DNA of 61,153 nt, filler included, from Porpidia crustulata (lineage: Eukaryota): the NCBI GenBank assembly GCA_964255105.1. It is 5 parts of 5 records of this genome, joined end to end, with 100 filler letters (N's around TTAATTAATTAA, not from the genome) between each part and the next. Parts side by side here need not be neighbours in the genome. Positions count along the whole stretch, not along the records: positions 24,548 to 36,696 come from CAXUWE010000564.1; 4 more parts are not named here. One strand, 5' to 3'. The notes under the pieces were generated by a model. The model worked only from the letters and a program-made list of their open reading frames with translations. It had not been told where the DNA came from and searched no databases. The position numbers were made by a program, and so were the translations under genes. This document shows, in pieces, positions 24,552 through 35,426 of the stretch (within the stretch, counting starts at the first letter, position 1; each line of letters begins with the position of its first letter).

Positions 24552-25315
24552 CTTGGCGGCAAGAGCAGACGGTTCCTTAATGGTGCCGAATAGTTCGGTA
24601 GCCCTCTTCCGCTCGACATCTTTGACTTTCTGATAGTCGAGGAAGCGAACACCGGGACAGCGCCATATTATCCAGTGCCTATAATGCTATTCCCCCTCGC
24701 ACCCCCACGATTAGCCTCTTAAATCTCCCCTTAAACGCCCTCATCCCAGTCCAGAGGAAAAAAAAGCCCAGCGTACCTCCCGCCGCGTGACGGGGTTTTC
24801 CAACAGCGACAGATGCGTGAGCTTCGGAAACTTGCTCAGCGCGTCCAGGTCCGCTAGCTCGGCGAAATTGTTCTGCGTGAGGATCAGGGCCGTGAGGTTG
24901 GGTATCGAGGTGGCGAGCGAGGGCTGGATGCTGCTGACCCGGTTGCGGGCGAGGAGGAGGGTGTGGAGGCGCGGGGAGAGGGGGAAGTTGGAGAGGGCGC
25001 TGATGTCGTTGTCGGTGAAGTTGATGGCGTCTTGATCCTGGCTCACACCTCTGGAATCAGCCATCCATCTAGGAATCTTGATATCTTTTTGAGAGGGGGA
25101 GGGGGGTTTCTGAGAGACCTTTGCGACGCCGAGATTTTCGATGGTGGGGATTTTGTGGCCTGTGGTATTGCGATCATGATATCAATGGAGCTCATCCCAA
25201 TGTGTAGTATCTGTTCTTTTTCAGTTTGGTACGCACCTCTGAGATCCAGTTCGCGTTCTTTGAGGGGATTCAGATACGAAAGGGAATTTTGAATGAGTTC
25301 GGCTGTCAACCTCAT
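24552..25315 (-). CDS. LEA1: U2 snRNP protein A' (LRR), 3'-truncated; exons 25315-25237, 25159-25119, 25037-24777, 24686-24552
   Basis: MRLTAELIQNSLSYLNPLKERELDLRGHKIPTIENLG...DAINFTDNDI...NFPLSPRLHTLLLARNR...LLENPVTRREHYR...VRFLDYQKVK. Confidence 0.96.
25202..25227 (-). promoter_or_regulatory. Intronic element antisense to U2 snRNA (branch-recognition region through stem IIa) in LEA1 intron 1
   Basis: The plus strand reads GTGTAGTATCTGTTCTTTTTCAGTTT, matching the conserved U2 core GUGUAGUAUCUGUUCUU(U/A)UCAGUUU. The LEA1 pre-mRNA carries the complement. The match is direct; a regulatory function is inferred. Confidence 0.75.
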
Positions 25316-25317
25316 GG

Positions 25318-25343
25318 CTGCGATTGAGTGCAACCGGTCGCAG
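25318..25343 (-). promoter_or_regulatory. 5'-UTR hairpin with a U1A/U2B''-type loop (CUGCGA-CCGGUUGCACUCAA-UCGCAG), 2 nt before the LEA1 AUG
   Basis: Perfect 6-bp stem and 14-nt loop containing UUGCACUC. Confidence 0.55.
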
Positions 25344-25495
25344 AGGTATGTCCCGAGTGTTGTGGCTGTAATGTTCTAGTCCTTTTGAGGCTTTCGTATT
25401 TCAAAGAACTATCTTTCAAATTGGGCAATATCGAAGATGGAAAAAGTTTTGTGATAGCCGTTTCATAAAGATCCTCGAGCTACTCGGTAGATATT

Positions 25496-25516
25496 ACCCT
25501 AACCCTAGGTTAGGGT
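25496..25516. promoter_or_regulatory. Inverted telomere-like (CCCTAA/TTAGGG) quasi-palindrome upstream of LEA1
   Basis: ACCCTAACCCTAGGTTAGGGT, about 180 nt upstream of the ATG. Confidence 0.45.
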
Positions 25517-25906
25517 GGTCCGTTGAGGGTGAATAGCTATTTACATAAAACTATCATCATAAATCTGATATAATGAGCTTATCATCGAATTCTATTAGTC
25601 GAACGCACTGTCTGAGCATTCTTGAATGCGTGCCCGTATTTTCTTCTTGCTAATTTGATCTCATTCGAATTCGATATTTTGATGAGACTGAAGATGCAAC
25701 GGTAGGGCTGAGTCCACTGATAGCACCCCCTGTGAATGGGGTGGGCTTATTATGTTGTACTTTAAAGTTTTATAGCATAGCAGCTATGAAACAGAGGTTC
25801 GATAGCGATTCCTCTGTGCTTTGAAACCCTTTAGATAAACTACAGCTGCACCAGAGACCTAAGGCTCATCCAACCCCATCTCGTCCCAGATCAAGTACGA
25901 TGTCCA

Positions 25907-28900
25907 TCATTGGAAGACATAGATGACTCCCTGCCGATCAACACTGACCGTCATTCCCACCGGATACTCTAGTATCGCTACATCTAATATTGTATCTAGA
26001 TGACTCCTTAATAATTGCTGTTGCTGCGCCGAAATCACCGTACTCCTGGGTGGCCTGGCGCCTTTCTTAGACGGAGAATCCGGCCCAGCTGCTGCATTAG
26101 GTGCAGAAGGACCAGGCTGTGGTACTCTCTCCGTATTCAATGTTAAGGTCGTTGTGGGATACGACGTCGTAAATTTGGGTTGACCTTCATCAGCGTCTAG
26201 ACCGCTGATAACCATAGACGCCTCTACTCGTGTCACGTCCCAGAATCGGAGTTTCTTATCCGAGCCACCAGTGAGGAAAAATCCATACTTGGCTTCACGA
26301 CCATCTTCAGGGGTATCAAGGCCGAGGGCTAGGGCGCGGATGCTACGGTCGGAATTACCAGTGCTATCGCCTAATGATGGCTCAACAGCAGTGGCGAACC
26401 GAGCAAGCATTTCTTCAGGTTTCTGGTTGTCGACTTTCCAAGGTTCATATGCGCGGACACTGTCCTTATTGTTGCCTCTTGTGATGCCAGCACGAAATAC
26501 TTCGCGGCATTCCGCTTTTTCGAGATCCCAGATGGTGATATCTGGTTGGCCTGTACCGCCAGCGACGCAAACCCATCTACCTCGGCTTCTAAAGGGGTGT
26601 ATATGAATGCGATGTATAGGAGTTCCTCCTGAGATACCCCAGGCGCGAACTCGAAGCCGAAACCGGAGGTCCCAAAGATCAAGCACGCCATGCGAGGTCC
26701 CGAGGAGCAACCATCCGTGTCTGTTGTCGACGCAAAAGCACGTTGGTGTACCATGATGGACAGGGTTATTCAAAGTATAAAGCACACTCATGTCTCGAAG
26801 ATCTAGGGCCATGATCCTGGATGTATTTGTGGCAATTAGTAAAATCGAGTTGATTTCTGACTTGAAATGCTCCAGCCATACTGCATACTCGCCTTTGGGC
26901 AGCTGATGTTCTCGCACGACCCGAAGCTTGCCGTACTTTGTAGTGTCGCCGGCATAGGTACAATCGACTCTCACAACGTTGACGCTGCCGTCAGTAGCGC
27001 CGCTAGCAAACGTATAAGTGTGTTCAATAAAACTGAGGCACTTGACTTTCCCTCCATTCGGATGTCTATATGTCTGTCTGGATCGATGGGCTAGATTTCG
27101 CTCAAGTCTTAAGGTGTCCCAGACTTTGACAGACCCATCATCCGAGCCTGTTAGAAAGAAGGTATGATCTGGCGAAGGAAGAACTCGATTTATTGGTCCT
27201 GTATGCTCGCTAAAGGTGGCGACCAAGATACCCTCGGGCCTCCAGGGCCTATCAACTTCCTGGGCATCGGCCTTCTTCATTTTGTGTCGGCTACTAACAG
27301 GAGCTACCGTAGGCCCAAATTCAGTCAACTTGAGGAAGTGTCGTTCAGCCGCTAGGGAATCGAGTAGTTTTAGGACATTAGGATCATTGCCCACGTATGT
27401 GTGACCAGTCCCTACCTGAGATGTTGGGTTTTTACCTCGGTCTCCGCGCTCGATATTATCATCAGGCGTAGTATCTGAGGGTTCGCGGGCGAAAGGGCCA
27501 TCTAATTTGCCGAAGGCGTTAGCTGAAGTCGTGCTGGTCTCAGCTACTGTCTTTGAAGGGTCTCTTCTATTGAGTAAATTGATAGCACTCGATTTGTGTC
27601 TAATTCCTTTTCCCTTTTCAAGATCATGGCCAGTCTTGAGAGAATCAGTGGGCGTCAGTGTACCATCGCTTTGGTTGTCCGTCCCTTGAACCGGAAGTAG
27701 TAGGTTTGGCACACGTCTTGGTTCGATGTTCAAAGTATGAGTGTTGTCTTTGGATTTGAGGGCCCCTAAAGGGGAGCTGGATAGAGGAGAAGAAAGATTC
27801 GAAGAATTGCATCTGGGCTTGGCTCGTGTAGGTAGTACTTGCGAAGCACCGTCTGACCTGTCTTTTCTTGCGATCGCAACGGGTTTCTTCCGCTGAGCTG
27901 ATGGATCATCAATTGTAGTGGATGCATCAAGCAATGCATCAGCAATGGTATGAGGCTTAGAGGACAATTGGTTCCTGGTACTGTTGGGTGGTTTCGCACC
28001 ATGATATTGTCGCTGGGGTGTTATTTGTTTCTGCTTACGGCTCTCAAAGAAGATGGTCTGAGGCACCACCTTTATTTCCTTCAGTTTCACGATGCTATTC
28101 AAATGCGTCTGTTGAGCTCCAGCGGCCTCTTTAGGCCGCTTAGGAGCCATGCGCCATATGAACTCTCTGAGAGCAAGTAGTTTAAATTCGTCATTTGCAG
28201 CCATACCTAGATTGCGTAATCTATTGAGCCATTGCTCATCCTCATTGTTTTTGGGAAGTTTGTTAAGGGCATTAGGCTGTAAGTCCTTGGAAGCTGTAGT
28301 TGGAATTGCCTGTTCTGGGGTTCCGAACGAGAAAGTTCTTTGTCGTTGAACAGGTTTCCAAAAGAGCCCGCCTTGGGCCTGCATGGCCCATGTGACTGCA
28401 AGCTCTAACACTGGACGAGATAATGGCTTTTGAAGAGCGTCTAGAAGATTTGTTTCTGCAAAATCGATGATGGGAAATTTCAGATAGGGGTGGATTAAGG
28501 GTGAGATAATGCAGTGAATGTCAGCCATTGACAAGTATCGCGTAGAAGCTGAGACGAAGTGCGCAGCAGCTTCTCTAATCCAGGTGTTTGGATGCATTGT
28601 GAACCTTGCACATATATCAACCATCTCCCAGATCTTGGACCTTTGGAACAGTCCCAGCTCTGCCATGCTCGCGAAAGATGACAATACTTTTTCAATGACA
28701 AACTCTTCTGGATCAGTCAAGGCTTGAATCATAAGTGGCAGGATGAACTCTTCGAGACTCGTCCCACCAACAAAGGTAGCCACGCCTACAATTGTTTGGA
28801 AGAACGCACGTTTGAGGATCCAGTCTTTGTCATTCAAGTATGTATTCAAGTGACTGAGAACCACATCATTCGCTTTCGAGCTTCCAAAGAACACGCAGAG

Positions 28901-30820
28901 ACTGGAAACCGAACCAAGGAAACCTCGTCGGACTGAAGCATCGCTATCGGTTAACAAGGCTTTGGTATGGGCCTCAAAATGGTCCTCGAGGTCTAGCCTT
29001 GCAACGTCGAACAGATTGTGATAGGCGGCATCTGTCGCAACTCCATCCTCTGCTTCTGGGTCGATAGTTGGAATGGACCCGTCAGCCCGTAGAGCTTGAA
29101 CCATATCTAAGATTCTCGAGGAACTGTTTGCTAGTGTAGCTAGACATGATGCATACGTCGCACGCACTAACGGCGATACTTTTGAAGTTGGACCGTCAAT
29201 GAAGCTTAGTAGGCGAGGGCGAACGTACTCGGTGAACACGTAAGCATTCACAGGAGAGACCACAGTGATTAGCGACATCTATTTAGAATTAGTACCTCCA
29301 AATGCTTATTGGACATAGATATACCTACGATTTGTGTCAATGTTCGAATCGCCGCAATTTTAACGATATCTGCCCGATCACTGAGCATGATTACTACGTA
29401 GGGTAGTATGCGATCGAGCTTCGCCTCGTCGGTAATCCTTTCTGCGAATGCTATCATAAGATCGCATGCTCTTATCCGAGCAGTGGATCGTGCAGTATTC
29501 CGTAATGACGATACTACTAGCGCAAGGAATAGTAACGATCCGTCATCGACAGGCCGTCTACCCATAGTGGTCGCTTGGTGTCTATTGTCCGGTATGTCAA
29601 TTTGGACAGGAATAACTTCGTTGGAGGATGTTTGTGTGACCGTCCTTGCGCTATTCTGAACCTTTTCATCTTCGTAGCCTAAGAAGTAAGAGATTTTATC
29701 AAAGTCATAGTACACTCTATCGATCCTATCATCTGCTTCCCCGAAATTGGCAGTCTCGGGCAAAACCGGTGCCCGGCCGGATGAAGGATCGGTGATCACA
29801 CCCATATATTGATGAAGAAAGCTGTAGAAGTACCCAGGAAAAGCCTTATGGCGCCAAAAGTTAAGATACTCCTCTGCCGAGTATCTCGACTCGGGCTCGA
29901 GTTGTATCATATGGCTGACTAGTTCACGGATGTCACCGTCTTGGATCTTGCTAATGTAGCCATGTTCAGGATCAAACCCTCCTTTCCTATATTTGTATAG
30001 TTGGCTCAGAGAGAAGATTGGGGCTTCGAGGAACAATTCCGCAATCACACAACCGACACTGAAAACGTCCATCGCCCAAGTGACTCCCCGACCGTCGTCC
30101 TTCTCGCCCGCTGCTAAGAAACGTTCCGGTGCAAGATAACAAGTCCTTCTCCCCGAAGTGTCAAAGTAGTAAGAGAAGTCCGCAGGATTATCCTCGGGCA
30201 AATATGTCTGTTTGAAGGACGAGGAGAAGTCGGTCAGATAAAGCCAATTCCACGATGTCACCAATGTGTTCTCCGTCTTGATATCGCCATGATAAATGTT
30301 TCGAGCATGGCAATCTCGGAGGGCGCAGAGGAGCTGAAAGGCCAGCCATTTCTTCTCAATGTCTTCGAGGAAAGGACGTGTACTGCAAGCATGAGAGAAA
30401 TCATCCCGGCACAGGTTATAAAGCGTACCTCAATCGATCGTAGAGCGAGCTGTAGAGATACTGTCTGACCAAGTACCCATTCGTACTTGTCTCAAGGATT
30501 CTTTGATAGCCTAGCGCATTGGGTACGTCCAAAAGGGCCTCACGTTCGTCTGTGAAAAGAGTCAGCTTCGGAGTATGACAGGAGTCCCAGATATCAACCT
30601 ACTCACGCCGTAAAGCTTGTACGTACTTCTTGAGGTCGAGCTGGGGAAAGGGTTTCATGACTAATTTGACGACGACCAATCCATGCTGATGTCTTGCTCG
30701 AATGCTCTTCATGAATCTCGCAGTTCCTAAAGACCTTTCGTATGTAAGATCTGAAAGCTCCGGCACGTCGATACCTGCCGACCCGGCCGACAAGGTCGTC
30801 ATAGAGAATGTTTGCCCCAT
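25907..30820 (-). CDS. VPS15: Vps15 (kinase-HEAT-WD40) regulatory subunit of class III PI3K; exons 30820-30607, 30549-30429, 30382-29329, 29278-25907
   Basis: N-myristoylation start MGQ; YHGDIKTEN, LTDFSSSFK, RRTCYLAPERF; HEAT region; WD40 EHTGPINRV...GSDDGSVKVWD. Confidence 0.96.
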
Positions 30821-31186
30821 CTTCAAAGACTCTCGGTCATCTCCTTCACCTTGTGATTGCGCAGGTAAACTGCTAGTCGTGGGTCATGGACCCGTCCTCG
30901 CAGAAGCCTGATCACATATGAGGACTATGATACCAAGGTAAAATTTGAGCTATCGAGGCCTTGGAGGCTCTCTTGGCATTGCGGTGGGAGTGAAGTTGTC
31001 ACCAGTAGAGTAGTGAAAATGTTTCTCATGCCTATTCTCACGATTCTGAGGCTACATGGATACCTTACCGGGACAACGGCCCGAACCGGACAGGATGAAC
31101 CTCAGGCATACGTCTACGTTGAACTATAAGGTTACAACCCCCCATTTCCAGCTACGATACCTAGAGATATGTTAACATATCTGATC

Positions 31187-31724
31187 ATGGCCCAACCACG
31201 TCAACCGGACCTGCAACGTTTATCTGACGGCCTGAGCATGGCCGCACAAGAAGTAGTACATGTATCCAACCTGCTGCCAAATTTGCAGAATTATCAACAG
31301 CAAATAATGGATCAGTTTCGGCTCCTCAACGCACGATTTGACGGTTTAGAGCTCTACATGAGCGCTGAGTAAGATTATTCATAGACTTGACTTCAATTCT
31401 CATTCAATTGACTATACAATATAGATCACGTAACCAGGTTGCCAGGATTTTCAATTCGCATCTTGCCAGCCCTGAGATACCATTCCAGCCATTGTATAAC
31501 CGACGGAACCAGGTGGTAGACGGCTTCCCACTTAACTTATCTGCACTAGACTCAACGGCAAACCTCCTTACGCTATGTGTTCATTGTTTCACTAACACAG
31601 AGCAGATGCTGCAGTGACTAGATTGCTTAATACGTATGGACTAGAAACGGATGGGACTGCAAATATCAAAAAGCGGCGGTTCAAATACTTTGTTGGGGTT
31701 GTCATGAAGGTTTTCAGGGAATAG
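31187..31724 (+). CDS. Small Mug135/DUF1773-like protein, possibly pseudogenising; exons 31187-31368, 31425-~31558, ~31606-31724
   Basis: Coiled-coil N-terminus, then NQVARIFNS..P..PL...GFP..L..L and LLNTYGL...G...KKRRFKYFVG. The first intron is canonical; the second donor is defective. Family recognised from memory of the motif. Confidence 0.55.
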
Positions 31725-32099
31725 ATGCTTACAGGGAGGGCAGAGGGCAAGCTTTGTTGCACATACTTCATTAAAAACAGCTTGTATAGCTTCAACTAGA
31801 TACTCCGGAAATCGGCTTCTAAGCTCTCCAAATATTGACCCCAAAGCCTCCAAAGTATATATTAGCTATTATTATTATTGCCCATTCAAAGCCAATTTTG
31901 AAGGATAGGCCTTGGAAACACGAAAGCCTCAAAAGGAATAGAATATTGAAAACTTTCTTTGAAGCCTTTCTCATCCTCCGCACCACCTACAGCCATCTGT
32001 AGGCTCTTTTGATGCGTATCTTGGGCAACAGAAGCAACCCGTAAAGTACTCTCGTTCCCTGGGAAGCGCTCTGATTCCCTTTTGCAATTAAACTTATCC

Positions 32100-32860
32100 T
32101 CTAGATATCCTAGTCATTTCTAGGCATTGATATCCCCGTTTGGGAGAACAGGGGAGCCAGAATTGTACCTAAATGCACGGATTGAAGCTAGGCCCTACCA
32201 TAGACTTGGAGGGTTTCCAGCGACGGTAACAATGTGTATTGCGTTTATTACATGAAACCGAGACGGCCCCAGGCTAGAAGGCCCTTGGTGCTGTTGACGT
32301 CGGTCACCCTCATAGATGGGATTTTCAAGCAACACTGTTGTCATAACCAGGCTTGGTATTAGATGACAGATATAGAGAACTCCTCGATATCTGGCAGCGT
32401 TGCAAGAGCACATGCAATCAGCGCATGTTTGTTGCCGCAGACAATCGGAAGTAGGCATGGCTTCAATGTTCCAGCTACAAGGAAAGGTACCCGATTAGCA
32501 ATTGCTTTGGGCTCGGCTACACATAATCCGACTTCAAACCACTCATTGATGATTCCTGCGTCGTTTTCGGCTTCTGGATTCCAGTATCTGCGAAGGAGAA
32601 GGGAATCTCGATAGTAAGGCATATCGGATAGAGAGCAATTCTAGGCTTAGCGCAAATAGCAAACAATACACTCGAAGCTTCTCCAATATGTATCCTCGTA
32701 AAGAGTCGTTTGCGGAGATTATGTATCTCATTCAATGGGTACGCTAACACTTGAAGAAATGGGAAAGCTGCCGAGAAGTTTTTGATATCGTCCGGCAATA
32801 TGTACTTTACGCAATGGTCAGAGAATCCGTTTGGTAAGCCATACAATGTTCAAGATCTAG
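32100..32860 (-). pseudogene. Decayed F-box-like gene
   Basis: LYGLPNGFSDHCVKYILPDDIKNFS (F-box-like), then ...KPRIALYP, LIACALATLPDIEEFSI and GLASIRAFRY fragments separated by frameshifts and stops. Confidence 0.55.
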
Positions 32861-33754
32861 CCGCTTGAACCCGATTGGTGCCTTCCGCTACAAAATTTTG
32901 TCGCTGGATCGCTGGATCGTCCATGGCGAAGATAAGAACGCCAATGAGGATATAATTATTTGCGTACGCCATGTCTTCGATGTCGAACGCGAATGGCAGA
33001 GACGTTTGGTTTTTGCCTTGCGGGATTCGACTCCTTTAAGGCCCGATAACACATGAGGCAAGTGAAGCAAGGAAAAATCCTTACAAAGTACTCTTACACC
33101 CCACAAAAGATGCATTAAAGATTGTAAAAGGACAAGCGTTGAATAATTCGAAAAGGTTGTTTGGGCACATAATTTGACTGACGAGCAAAGACCGAAGTGT
33201 GTAAGAAGCCTGCGTAATTTTGACAACTGATGTACTCCAAGGCAAAACGGCTTACATGGGATAGATCGACCTTCTCCATCGAGTTGGAAGTATTCAGCGA
33301 CCAAGTCTTACTAAGAAAGTCCACTTTGGCCTTTGCGTGCAGATGTTATTTCTCTGGCAGCGTAGTAGGGCTGAAAACATGCTGAAAGGACCCACAGCCC
33401 CTGAATCTTTGTCGGCTTGGTCCTGCAACAACTGGAAAGAAAAGGGATTACGGTGGTCCTAGGATAACATTATGCTGATGTGATCTCTGAGTAATCTGAT
33501 ACACAAAAGTCTCTCTTTGTTCGAAGAAAACGATGATAGTATTTTGATCTGGTACTTTGCAGGTCAGTGCAACGCTGTGATCATCGCGTACTTCAAATTG
33601 TTGACTGTCCTTCTCTAAAGACCTATGAGATCATATTCATTGCGATGGTCAATCGCAAGGTATAAGCGTAGAGCAACCGCAAGGTCGCGCTACAATGAAG
33701 GGCACATTTTCGGTTAGGCACATCGGAAAGAATCACACGTGTAGCTTCATGGAT

Positions 33755-35176
33755 TCATAGTTTGGTCTCCTGTCTTGTCGAGTCGCTGAGTCTTCTCATA
33801 GGTAGGTTGTCTGGACCGAGAGGATCACCAGGACTTGCCGAAGGACCTGCAACTGTATCTTCCCCAGTGCTAAGAGTTCTACCTACTGCCATCCTTTGTT
33901 GGCTCTGTAACCTTAAACTCATTAGCCAATGTAGTTGCATTCGCATTCCCCCAATCGCAGCATTTGTGTGCGTCAGATCCTCTTTAGTGCGGAGGCTTTC
34001 GTTCATGACCATCATACTTGCTTTGGCATCTAATGCAGAAACCGCGGCAGAGACACGGCCCACTTCCTCTCGGAGAGATTCGTGAAGGCAGAGAAGATGA
34101 TGAGCTGTCGAATCGAACGGCGCGGTGTCCGACATATCACTTGGGGCAGAAGGTGCATCGACCAGGCTTCTGGACGGCCCCAAGGCTTCCTGAATGCTTT
34201 GGAAAGAGCTTTCCAGGATTGTGTTCTTGTGCTTTAAATGTCTTAATGCAGCCTCATGAGCCTCAAGACGCTCGTTCTGGACCTTGAGGAATGGCACTAG
34301 TTTCGCAATAGGGCACACCGCAAGGTGGCCATCAAGATTTGCGCGTTTCGAGATAAAGTTGCAGCCATAACATGCGCCTTGACAAGGGCACATGGCCTCA
34401 GGACAACGGTCGATGTGTTGCTTGAGGTTTTCATGGAGGACTTCAGTCTGACAGTGAGGACATTCGACGTTGCTGCGAACACATTGAATGGTACGGTGAT
34501 GTTCCAGATCTCTCTCCATGAAGGAGAATCCACAGTCCTCGCAGCTAATCACGTTGTGAAGACATCGATTCTTCGCTAGGTCCTTTCTCTCAATAGTATG
34601 TGAACAATCCACCGATGGGCATTCGATCTCTGAGTAATTACAATATCGATCAACGTGATTTTGAATAGATCCACGAGCCAATTCTCCAATGCAACCCATG
34701 CTGAAGAAAGGACACCTGACTTTTAATTCGTCTAGGATATGATCAATGATCTTCGGTACAAGGGTTGGAGTTCGGTTTGTCTTTCTGCGACATGCAGGAC
34801 AACATCTCGCGCCAGCATTCTGATGGGTCATGGCTTCAATGACACACGAACGACAAAAGTAATGGTCACATTCAAGCTTGACGGGGGACACAAAGGGGCT
34901 ATGACATATGGCACACATCAGATTATGGTCAACAACCCCAACGTAATCCAAAGTCCGCAGGTCAACGGGGTCAACATTTGGTTTTTGCGGAGGGCCTGCC
35001 ATGGAGAGTAAAGGCAACAATGATATCGACGGGGATAGGGTATGATTATCACATAGGACCGTCCCAGTTTCTTCAGAAGATAATGGTGTTTGGCCAGGGA
35101 GGTCTTCGGAGAACCCTTCTCCGGTATGATCCTGTAGATCTGGGTCTCGGGAGACCAGATGATTTGGTGAAGACAT
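33755..35176 (-). CDS. RING finger plus TRAF-type zinc finger protein (intronless; start may be 35002)
   Basis: C3HC4 RING CAICHSPF...CDHYFCRSC...CPACR, repeated CxxC..H...C TRAF fingers, coiled coil. Confidence 0.9.
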   Translation of the reverse strand: MSSPNHLVSRDPDLQDHTGEGFSEDLPGQTPLSSEETGTVLCDNHTLSPSISLLPLLSMAGPPQKPNVDPVDLRTLDYVGVVDHNLMCAICHSPFVSPVKLECDHYFCRSCVIEAMTHQNAGARCCPACRRKTNRTPTLVPKIIDHILDELKVRCPFFSMGCIGELARGSIQNHVDRYCNYSEIECPSVDCSHTIERKDLAKNRCLHNVISCEDCGFSFMERDLEHHRTIQCVRSNVECPHCQTEVLHENLKQHIDRCPEAMCPCQGACYGCNFISKRANLDGHLAVCPIAKLVPFLKVQNERLEAHEAALRHLKHKNTILESSFQSIQEALGPSRSLVDAPSAPSDMSDTAPFDSTAHHLLCLHESLREEVGRVSAAVSALDAKASMMVMNESLRTKEDLTHTNAAIGGMRMQLHWLMSLRLQSQQRMAVGRTLSTGEDTVAGPSASPGDPLGPDNLPMRRLSDSTRQETKL

Positions 35177-35426
35177 AAAGATAGAGCGTATCAGGCTTTC
35201 CTCCTACTCGCTCCCTGATAATCTGGCCGGATGAGATGCTGGGTACCTGAGATCGTCGGGAAGGATTATAGCGCTACTACTTGGATTAGCGTGCAGACAC
35301 TAGCTTCAATCCACGTGACCGTGTCTTACTCTTGTCTTACCTTAGGTATCCTATCCGCAACGTCTGCTTTGATGCTGAGTACCTACTGTGCTATATCAAC
35401 TTTCAGCCAGATACTAGATCCCAATC

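Noticed and set aside
25170..25260. A U2 snRNA gene on the plus strand
   Set aside because: Only the ~26-30-nt core matches. There is no 5' stem I and no Sm site or stems III/IV, and the downstream sequence is the antisense of LEA1 exon 1. It is an element, not a gene.
25678..25722. C/D-box snoRNA (TGATGA...CTGA)
   Set aside because: Boxes only ~40 nt apart, with no terminal stem or recognisable rRNA guide.
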